Below, piece by piece: positions 1 to 7,800 of a stretch of 46,333 bases of DNA. A program made the position numbers and the translations under genes. Origin of the DNA: an uncultured Candidatus Saccharibacteria bacterium (lineage in GTDB: Bacteria > Patescibacteriota > CALEFQ01 > G965231055); assembly GCA_965231055.1 (NCBI GenBank), contig OZ246411.1, forward strand, positions 1 to 46,333. Direction: 5' to 3'. The stretch's first letter is position 1. Each line of letters begins with the position of its first letter. A model generated the notes under the pieces. That model saw only the letters and a list, made by a program, of their open reading frames with translations. It searched no databases and was not told the origin of the DNA.

Positions 1-235
1 GTTGTGAAAAGTAACTCTGCGAAGCACAACGTCGACGTCTGGATCCCCGATCAAGTTGGGGATGACGACGAATGAATACCGTCCTTGATAAAACAACGCA
101 AACCACTTACTACTGTCATGCTGAATTCATTTCAGCATCTATTACGACATCGAAAACTCCAATTTAGACCCTGAAACAAGTTCAGGGTGACAATATTGGG
201 TGAATTGGAAACGAGAGTATGGCAATAGTACGTAA
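1..235. other. Non-coding, hairpin-rich segment at the window edge, downstream of argS. Function unknown.
   Basis: No ORF of 60 aa or more. Four stem-loops are readable by eye: GTTGTG..CACAAC (1-30), ATCCCC-gatcaagtt-GGGGAT (about 43-63), ATGCTGAA-ttcat-TTCAGCAT (about 118-138) and CCCTGAA-acaag-TTCAGGG (about 169-187). GC looks higher than in neighbouring DNA. Confidence 0.3.
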
Positions 236-291
236 ACTTAAAACCTAATCCCTAATACTTCTAAAACCTATCACCCAGAACCTAGTCGCTA
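236..291 (-). repeat. Degenerate TAG-containing heptad array that begins at the argS stop codon
   Basis: The minus strand reads TAG cgac TAGGTtc tgggtga TAGGTtt TAGaagt at TAGgg at TAGGTtt TAAG. On the plus strand, CTA occurs at 245, 252, 261, 268, 282 and 289, giving spacings of 7, 9, 7, 14 and 7. Confidence 0.55.
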
Positions 292-2133
292 CATCTCCTC
301 CGGTGCCTCTATGCCAAGCAACTCAAGCCCCTTGCTCAATGTTTTTGCAACAGCGGATATCAAAACAATTCGTGATTTCTTTTCTTCCTCCTCCGCCTTT
401 AATACTGGAACTTTTTGATAAAAAGAATTGAACTCGTGGCACAAATCTATTAGATAATTGGCTATACCAATTGGCTCAAGTTTTTCTCCAGCAGAAGCAA
501 CCACTTCATCAAAATGCATCAATAGTCTCGCTATGCTTTTTTCTTCAGGCAATTTGATCTCAAGTTTACCAAGATCAGAAATCCCTGCTTTTTTGAGAAT
601 TCCACAAATTCTAGCATGAGTGTACTGAATATATGGACCAGTATCTCCTTCAAAATTCAAAGCATCGTCAATATCAAAAGCCACTATTTTATTTAGTCCA
701 AATTTAAGCATATAAAATTTAATAGCACCTACTGCCACTTGCTTAGCCGCAACATCAGAAATCACCCTCTTGCCTTCTCTTTGTTTTTCTTTTACACCAT
801 CCAAAACTTGATCATAAAGATCGTCAGTTTTTACTCCAACTCCTTTTCGTCCTGACATCGGATATTCTTTTTTGTTATCAGAAACATCTACACCAAGTTT
901 TTTGGCAGTTTCTCTTGAAAGGGAGACGACTTCATATGCAACATGATTATAGTTTTTTGCCTGTTTTTCGAATCCTAATTTCTCAAGACATTTTTTCACC
1001 ACTTCCTGAGGGTAACTCTGCCTCACATCTATCACATTTACTATCCTATCGGCTTCACCAAAACCTGGAACATACTTTCCCTCAATAGAGGTGATGCTGG
1101 TGTTCTTATTTTCAACTTTTTTATATTTGAAATCAAAATCAGCAAGTCCAAATTTCCATAAATGTAGCGCAACATCTTTACCAGTATAAGTAGTTACACC
1201 ATCAGATTTAACCAAAATTTTATCTGGATTTTTGAGATCCTGCCCCTCGACAACGTTTTTAATAACCCACGCTTCTTTGTTTTCACCCTCGGTTTCTTTT
1301 ACAAACTCTCCGGTTTCCTTGAGTTTATTAATAGCTTTTCCTAAAAGTCCAGAATGTATGATCGCACTTTCCGAAACTAGAAGGTCATATTCTATATTGA
1401 ATAACTCCATGGTCTCTAGCTGAGCCGAGATTATTTTATTTACAAAATTCCAAACCTCTAAATCATTATCACCCTCTTCCATTTTTTTAAGAAGTTCGTC
1501 TCTTTCACTTTTCAATTTTTCATCAGACTCTAGTTGTTTGTAAATTTTCGAATACACGTCCCAAGCAAAATGATCAAATTTCTTGTAATTGCCTTGATCT
1601 TTTTTGTATTTTTTAATTCCGAGAAAACTATCAGCCACCTGAACCCCAGTATCATCAATATAATTTTCTACTTCTACTTTGTATCCGAGATATTTCAAAA
1701 CCTTGGCGATACTATCTCCTATGCAGGAGTTTCTGAGATGCCCTACATGCATCGCTTTGTTTGGATTTACAGCAGTATGCTCAACTATTATTTTTTCTGT
1801 TTTTTCTTTTGCGCCAAGTAGTCCTTTTTTTGCTATTTCAACTACTTTGTCGCTTATATTCGAATCAGCTAGAAAAATATTTATAAATCCTGGATGCACC
1901 ACTTCAACTTTGATGTGGGCAAAATCTTTATTCTTCATAAGTTCTTCCGCTATAGCTTCTGCTATTTTTACAGGATTTTGTTTTAGTTTCTTGGCGAGAA
2001 GCATAGCGGTATTCACAGCATAGTCACCAAATTTTGGATTTTCTGGTTTTTGCACTAAAACAAAATCAAGCTTTGTATTAAAAAGCTTTGAAACAATAGC
2101 TATTATTGTTTTTGAAATTAAATCGGAATCCAA
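289..2133 (-). CDS. argS: Arginine--tRNA ligase (ArgRS)
   Basis: A 614-aa ORF with the class I HIGH motif as HVGHLRN and a KMSKS-equivalent MSGRKG. It has the typical ArgRS N-terminal add-on domain and a C-terminal anticodon-binding (DALR-type) region. Confidence 0.95.
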   Translation of the reverse strand: MDSDLISKTIIAIVSKLFNTKLDFVLVQKPENPKFGDYAVNTAMLLAKKLKQNPVKIAEAIAEELMKNKDFAHIKVEVVHPGFINIFLADSNISDKVVEIAKKGLLGAKEKTEKIIVEHTAVNPNKAMHVGHLRNSCIGDSIAKVLKYLGYKVEVENYIDDTGVQVADSFLGIKKYKKDQGNYKKFDHFAWDVYSKIYKQLESDEKLKSERDELLKKMEEGDNDLEVWNFVNKIISAQLETMELFNIEYDLLVSESAIIHSGLLGKAINKLKETGEFVKETEGENKEAWVIKNVVEGQDLKNPDKILVKSDGVTTYTGKDVALHLWKFGLADFDFKYKKVENKNTSITSIEGKYVPGFGEADRIVNVIDVRQSYPQEVVKKCLEKLGFEKQAKNYNHVAYEVVSLSRETAKKLGVDVSDNKKEYPMSGRKGVGVKTDDLYDQVLDGVKEKQREGKRVISDVAAKQVAVGAIKFYMLKFGLNKIVAFDIDDALNFEGDTGPYIQYTHARICGILKKAGISDLGKLEIKLPEEKSIARLLMHFDEVVASAGEKLEPIGIANYLIDLCHEFNSFYQKVPVLKAEEEEKKSRIVLISAVAKTLSKGLELLGIEAPEEM

Positions 2134-2149
2134 TTGTAAATTTTATTTA

Positions 2150-3619
2150 TTATATATCTATATCTTCCGGATCTATATCTTTTGCTTTATTTGCAGAATA
2201 AGTTTCAAGCCCTAGAGATGATTTGGGTCTTTGTTTGTTTAGTCCTCCGCCAAGATCCATAGATCCCTTGGAAATATATCCCCTCGGCACACCTGAGGAG
2301 ACACTATTTTGTTCAGAAACTGGAGCTTCCGTAGATTGTTGTCCTTGAGATTTGAAATCATACAAATCGCCCTTTAGACTCTTTTCATTACCAACTATAT
2401 TGGGGTCTTTCATTACAACTCCTTTTCTTTCTCTTAGCGCCCTTCTTACTATATCTGCTCCTTGCTGAGATTTTTTACTCATATTACCTCCATCCTTTTT
2501 GGCTACTCTGAAAAATACCATCATTACAATAATCACCACCACAACTGCTACTCCTAAATATATTATGAATTTATTTGATAAAATACTCCCGAGCGCACTA
2601 TCACTGCCTTGAGCATCTTTCGTGCTAGATATAGGAGCTACATCTTCTACATTGATTGAAAAACTATACAAACCAAATTTTATTTTGGAAGAAGTTATGG
2701 GAGAAATATTGAAGTAAAGATCCTTGTCTTCGTACGAGGTCACATCTATTGAAACCTCCTGTCCTTCAGCCACGGAAGCTTTCTCAGAAATTACGGACCC
2801 TGTCGCATCCATAACCATTATTTTTAGCCCCAAAGTGGAAGCTGGCTTGATAGTGAAAATTGCTTTTGAATTGGTAGTTGCTGAAAATTTGAATGTATCA
2901 GCATTGTCCGTGGAACAATATTTATTAGTTCCGCATTTATTTACGCCTATATAATTTTGATCATACGAACCTTTTGATATCACAACTGGTCCCGAAGAAA
3001 TAGATTCACCTGCATCTTTTTGGGAATCCGCATCTGTCAGATCTTTCAAACTTGCCGTGAATGAATACGAAGTAACTTTTTCTTTAAGCTCAGAGGTTAC
3101 AGCCACTTTCATATAAACCATTTTGCCTGCAGTAGCAGAAGTCTCCTGACCTGGATAATAGAAAGTGGAAATTTCTTGTTTGCCATCGGCTAGATTTTGT
3201 CCTTGCGAAAGCATATTGCCAAGCTCGTCATATAGAGTGAAAGCCAAATAATTCATTTCATCTGAATTCTCAGTCTCTGAAAGCGCACTACCAATAATAG
3301 AAAGCTGATAGCCAGGATTTACAGTCGCTACTTTGTAAAAAACGCTACTACCAAATTCTACGGCATCACCGGAAACTTTTTGATCCAATGAAATAGATTT
3401 AGCTCCAGTAAATTCACTTGGCGTACTTGTGGATGGCGCCAAATCCTCATTTTCATCAGCTTCAAGCTCAACTCCATTTTCATCAACAGCTTTTGCTTCT
3501 GTATCTTTGGTGGTGGGATCTGTCCCCTCAACCAACATAGCAAAAGCATTGCCATTGAAGGCAAAAAACATAGATAAAACGAACATCGCCGAAACTAGCT
3601 TTAAACTTGTTTTTTTCAT
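2150..3619 (-). CDS. Secreted, single-pass membrane-anchored hypothetical protein with two PPC-like beta-sandwich segments
   Basis: The ORF runs 2150..3664. The second Met (at 3619) gives a canonical signal peptide, MKKTSLKLVSAMFVLSMFFAFNGNAFA. There is a TM helix (IIYLGVAVVVVIIVMMVFF) and a polar cytoplasmic tail. Two segments resemble the pre-peptidase C-terminal domain pattern (..FYKVATVNPGYQLSIIG.., ..DTFKFSATTNSKAIFTIKP..LKIMVMDATG). The start could instead be 3664. Confidence 0.6.
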   Translation of the reverse strand: MKKTSLKLVSAMFVLSMFFAFNGNAFAMLVEGTDPTTKDTEAKAVDENGVELEADENEDLAPSTSTPSEFTGAKSISLDQKVSGDAVEFGSSVFYKVATVNPGYQLSIIGSALSETENSDEMNYLAFTLYDELGNMLSQGQNLADGKQEISTFYYPGQETSATAGKMVYMKVAVTSELKEKVTSYSFTASLKDLTDADSQKDAGESISSGPVVISKGSYDQNYIGVNKCGTNKYCSTDNADTFKFSATTNSKAIFTIKPASTLGLKIMVMDATGSVISEKASVAEGQEVSIDVTSYEDKDLYFNISPITSSKIKFGLYSFSINVEDVAPISSTKDAQGSDSALGSILSNKFIIYLGVAVVVVIIVMMVFFRVAKKDGGNMSKKSQQGADIVRRALRERKGVVMKDPNIVGNEKSLKGDLYDFKSQGQQSTEAPVSEQNSVSSGVPRGYISKGSMDLGGGLNKQRPKSSLGLETYSANKAKDIDPEDIDI

Positions 3620-3685
3620 TTTTTTTGTTTTAGTATTTGTTTTTATTGTACAATAAACTGACAATATAGTAAATTAATAAGTATT

Positions 3686-3727
3686 CAGTGTTGAGTTTTC
3701 AGCGATCAGTGTTCAACAAACAATATT
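3686..3727 (+). repeat. Heptanucleotide tandem array, forward arm (CAGTGnn type)
   Basis: Six consecutive 7-mers: cagtgtt gagtttt cagcgat cagtgtt caacaaa caatatt. Confidence 0.6.
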
Positions 3728-3739
3728 ATTCATTGAATG

Positions 3740-3795
3740 CTGAAAACTTATGACTAATAGCTGACTGCTTAATACTGACCACTGATCACTAAATA
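3740..3795 (+). repeat. Heptanucleotide tandem array, inverted arm (CTnAnnn type)
   Basis: Eight consecutive 7-mers all start with CT: ctgaaaa cttatga ctaatag ctgactg cttaata ctgacca ctgatca ctaaata. Their reverse complement gives AGnnnnn heptads similar to the 3686-3727 arm. For example, AGTTTTC appears in both. Confidence 0.6.
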
Positions 3796-3805
3796 TCAAA
3801 AACCT

Positions 3806-4267
3806 GTGTCAATCATAGCCACAAACAAAACAGCGAGAAGAGATTATTTTCTGCAAGAAAGATTTGAAGCAGGAATTGTTTTGAGTGGACAAGAAGTAAA
3901 ATCAGCCAAAAAAGGAAATGCCAATCTAAAAGGAAGTTATGTAGTAATAAGAATAAGCAAACATGGTCGCCCAGAAGCCAACATAATAAACTTGCATATT
4001 TCTCCTTATGACAAAGCGGGAGAATTGAAAAAATATGATCCCACCAGAACCAGAAGGTTGCTACTCAAAAAAAGTGAGATGCAAGCACTGCTCGGAAAAA
4101 AATCAGCTCAAGGTTTGACAATTGTTCCAACGCAAATATATACTAAGAGGTCTTTGATAAAAGTTGAAGTAGCGACAGCTCGAGGAAAGAAAAAAACTGA
4201 TAAACGCGAAGATATAAAACGCAGAGAATCAAAACGCAACATTGCCAGATCATTGAAAAGGCATTAG
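3806..4267 (+). CDS. smpB: SsrA-binding protein SmpB
   Basis: A 153-aa ORF with a GTG start. The N-terminus (IATNKTARRDYFLQERFEAGIVLSGQEVKS..KGSYV) and the basic C-terminal tail are typical of SmpB. It lies directly upstream of the tmRNA gene. Confidence 0.93.
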   Translation: MSIIATNKTARRDYFLQERFEAGIVLSGQEVKSAKKGNANLKGSYVVIRISKHGRPEANIINLHISPYDKAGELKKYDPTRTRRLLLKKSEMQALLGKKSAQGLTIVPTQIYTKRSLIKVEVATARGKKKTDKREDIKRRESKRNIARSLKRH

Positions 4268-4302
4268 GTTGTAGGTGCTAGGTGTTAGGTTTTAGGTATT
4301 AG
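4265..4302 (+). repeat. TAGGTnn heptad array (5.4 copies) starting with the smpB stop codon
   Basis: Sequence: TAGGTtg TAGGTgc TAGGTgt TAGGTtt TAGGTat TAG. The period is exactly 7, so TAG falls in all three frames in turn. Confidence 0.75.
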
Positions 4303-4340
4303 ACGACGGTAAATCAAGAATTATCCTTGCCATTCATGAG

Positions 4341-4378
4341 CCTAGAACCTAAAACCTGAAAGCTAAAACCTAAAACCT
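4341..4378 (+). repeat. Inverted copy of the TAGGTnn heptad array (ACCTAaa type), ending 5 nt before ssrA
   Basis: Sequence: CCTAgaACCTAaaACCTgaaagCTAaaACCTAaaACCT, whose reverse complement is ..TAGGTtt TAGGTtt TAG.. It can pair with 4265-4302, including an 11-bp perfect run (AGGTTTTAGGT with ACCTAAAACCT). Confidence 0.7.
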
Positions 4379-4383
4379 CGCGT

Positions 4384-4777
4384 GGGGATGACAGGCATCG
4401 ATAGTTGTGGAGCGATTGGTATTCGTCATTAAGAGCTATAAGTCACTCTTGTAAAAAACTGACTTATAATCATAAGTGCAAAATCACTTGTAAGCAAAGT
4501 CAAGGCTGCTTTTAGCATGCCGGTCTTTGCACCTGTTGTTGCCTAAAAACCAACAACCATCGCCCCTGCTTGGCTAGAAGCGGGATCGGCGGTGTCATTA
4601 CCTAGCCTCTATCTCGAGCATTTCTTCCGGCTCTTGATGAAACTTTTAGGAAGATTGAAATTTGCATGTTTAGTTCCCTTTTAGTGCAAGTTTTGAAAAA
4701 ACAAAGGGTTCTAGATGACGTAAAAGTACCACATCAAACCCTTCTAGACGGGGGTTCAATTCCCCCCATCTCCACCA
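4384..4777 (+). ncRNA. ssrA: tmRNA (SsrA), one-piece, with CCA encoded
   Basis: The 5' GGGGATG pairs with the 3' CATCTCC-ACCA acceptor stem, including the G3:U wobble. The T-arm is GGGGG-TTCAATT-CCCCC. The candidate tag ORF runs from GCA at 4478 to TAA at 4544-4546 and encodes AKSLVSKVKAAFSMPVFAPVVA. The stop codon sits in the loop of the hairpin GTTGTTG-cctaaaaac-CAACAAC. The gene is adjacent to smpB. Confidence 0.9.
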
Positions 4778-4817
4778 ATACGAGTATTTAGTAGTTATCC
4801 CAGAAAATTTATAACAT

Positions 4818-4845
4818 AAAACCGCTCATGCTTGGCGGTTTTTTA
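4818..4845 (+). terminator. Intrinsic terminator after ssrA (usable in both directions)
   Basis: Stem AAAACCGC / GCGGTTTT with a 9-nt loop, followed by a T-run. Confidence 0.7.
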
Positions 4846-4853
4846 AAACAATA

Positions 4854-7800
4854 TTATCTAGTCTTTTTCATGCGAACAACAATAAAACCAATCGACCCAG
4901 CTAAAACGATAGAAATAATGACGAAAACCCAGATCCAATTCTTTCTGGTTGCAGAATTGTCCAATCCAGAATCTAAAACGTCAGAGCTATGAGATGATGA
5001 TTTCAAATCAACCCCAGCTCCATCAGAATCTATGTTTTCTTGCTCATCCCCCAAACTTGCCGAAAAATAATCTCTTGAATTATTAGAATTATTCGAGTGG
5101 TAATTTTCTTCACTTGAATCATCGATAGTATCCTCATGATCTTCTTCCATGGAAGAAGTAGTGGCATCTATAACTACCGGATCAGTTTCTACACCATCTC
5201 CGTTTCTATATCTCACTGAATAAGTGTATTCTGTACTATTTTTCAAACCATCATCCTGCCAAAAATTATCATTAATCCACCCCGAATTATTTCCATTAGT
5301 AGTATTCTCAAAATAGTATCCTGACAATCCATCGTCATCGTTTACAAATCTTTCTACTGATAGCAGAATATCATCTGAATCAATTGATGCAGAAAAATGA
5401 GTTGGACTTTCAACTAGAGTATAAACGGAATCAGACGTCTCGGAAGAATCGCCAAAACCCATATCGCTTCTATGCGCCTTTACCGAAACTGAATACTCTG
5501 TATTTGGTGAAAGATCTTCGTCAGTCCAAATTAAATTGGATCCCGAAGAGGATTTGGAATTTTGTGGATACAAATCACTTACACCCAAGGCTGCGCCTCC
5601 CCCATCATTATCATAATCAACACTATATGAGTCCTCTATTTCTGAATTATCAATCCATTTCCAAGTAATAGAGTTTGGAGAGTTTACAGTAGGGGTGTCG
5701 ATAGTGGGAGTATTTAAACTATTTGTACCCAATACCGTAAGGCTTACTGCATCCGAAGAAGATGATAGACCAGTAGAATCAGTGGCTGTAAAAACAACCT
5801 CCTCGGTACCAGTCCACTCTGCAGGCTGAGCGAAAGAAACACGATTATCACTATCAATTGTGACATCTATATACTCATTGTCATCTGTTGAGGCGGTGTA
5901 GGTTACAGCTTGATTTCTAGCTGGTATTGCTAGATTATTTTTTTCAATAAAGTAATCGTCTAAATCGAAAGATTCCAAATTATCATCCCCCTTTGACCAA
6001 CTTTGATCAAGAATCATTCCACCAGAATATAATAAATACGCGGCTCCTGCGCTAAAAACACCTTGCGGATCACTATAATCAGCACCAACAGCCACATCAT
6101 CCAGACCATCTCCATCTACATCAGAGAGGGAAGAAACCGATACCCCAAAGATGTCACCGCGACGTTCCCCTGTGTATCTTATTAACTCATTTCCACTACC
6201 AGAAGAAAGAATCGACACATAGCCCGAACCAAACTCTCCCCTAGCCCCAATCACAACATCATCCAAGCCATCATTGTCGATATCTGAGATTGAAGAGACG
6301 GACTCACCAAAACGATCCGCTGATTCCACTCCACTATACTGACGAATAAAATTTCCCGAGGAAGAATACAAATCTACAATCCCAACAGACACTAAGTTAT
6401 CCTCAACATCAGTGTAAGCAGGAGATGAAATAATTATGTCATCAAGCCCGTCACCATCTAGGTCTGTTATCGGAACAACGCTAGAACCAAAAGCGCCATT
6501 AGCGCCCGCTCCATCATAACGTTCAATTTGATTACCAGTTCCAGAAGAGAAAATAAAAGCTGATCCAGCGTAGGATACTCCGCCAGGGCTTGCCATATAG
6601 GCCCCAATTATAACGTCTTCCAAACCATCTCCATCTATATCTGAAATAGAAGAGACTGACGATCCTAAACCTTCCATTGCGCCACCGCTAAATTGTCTTA
6701 TAATATCACCGGAAGCTGAGGAATAAATATAAGCAGAGCCAGCATTGGAATTTGCAGAAGCAGCTCCTACTAGAATATCATCCAAGTCATCTCCATCAAT
6801 GTCTGAGATTGAACCAATTGCTTTACCGAAATTACTAAAAGCGCCCGCGGGACCGTCGTATCTTCTTATAAGCTCACCACTCCCAGATGAATACAGATAA
6901 ACAGAACCAGTATAATCTCCACCCATACTGGAATACTGGGAACCGATCAGAACATCGTCCAGACCATCTCCGTCTACATCTGAAATCGAAGAAACAGAGC
7001 CTCCAAAATAAATAGCACCAGCATCTCCCACATATTGCCGTAAAAGATCTCCCGTCTTAGAAGAATATATATATGCCTTATTAGAACCACTTTCTCCAAC
7101 TAGTATATCCTGAAATCCGTCACCATCTATATCTGATATAGAAGAGATCGCTGAACCAAATCTCCCCGAGGCAGTAGCTCCTTCATATTTTTTAAAACTA
7201 CCTGCTTCAGGAGCAGAATCGGAATCTAGGGGGTTGAAATTGTTTAACTCTTCGTATTCATCATCCCAACCATCATTGTCAGTGTCTGACTCATAGGGAT
7301 TTGTGTAATTTGTAAATAACTCGTCATAATCACTTACGCCATCATCGTCATAGTCTAGATCACCATCCTGGCTAATTCCCAGTGTGTCGATATTATTGGG
7401 AAGATTCAAGATAACAAAAGATCCTTGTTCGGGAGATGATATTACAGCGGGCTTACCAGAATTCTTAAAAGGCAGAATATTAAAATTATATATATCGTTT
7501 CCAAAAAAAGACCTGGCAGTTGCGGGCACTTGAGTTCCTGCATATAGGTTGTATCCACCAATATTATTTTCAGAATTGCTTCTGTCGATAGTGAAACTCT
7601 CTGTAGCTGTGGGTGTATATACGCCGGTACTTTCATATCCGAGAGTTGCTTGATTCTGAGTAGTATACCACCAAACATGATAATATATATTCGAAATCTC
7701 ATTGTTTTGAGAATAGGTTCCATTTTCGTCAAAAAAGAATTGTAACCATCCCCCGCAGTGCCTAGTCTCAGCAGAAACAGGAGCAGTTCTCGACAAAACC

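Noticed and set aside
1232-2023. Plus-strand ORFs (1232..1423, 1534..1821, 1679..2023) inside argS, and similar antisense ORFs inside most long genes (for example 2724..2954, 5384..5668, 7987..8232, 10254..10610, 20965..21480, 37764..38195, 42541..42894, 43336..43776, 44907..45269).
   Set aside because: They lie fully within, and antisense to or out of frame with, ORFs that have unmistakable family motifs. Their translations are low-complexity (S/F/L/I-rich) shadows typical of AT-rich DNA.
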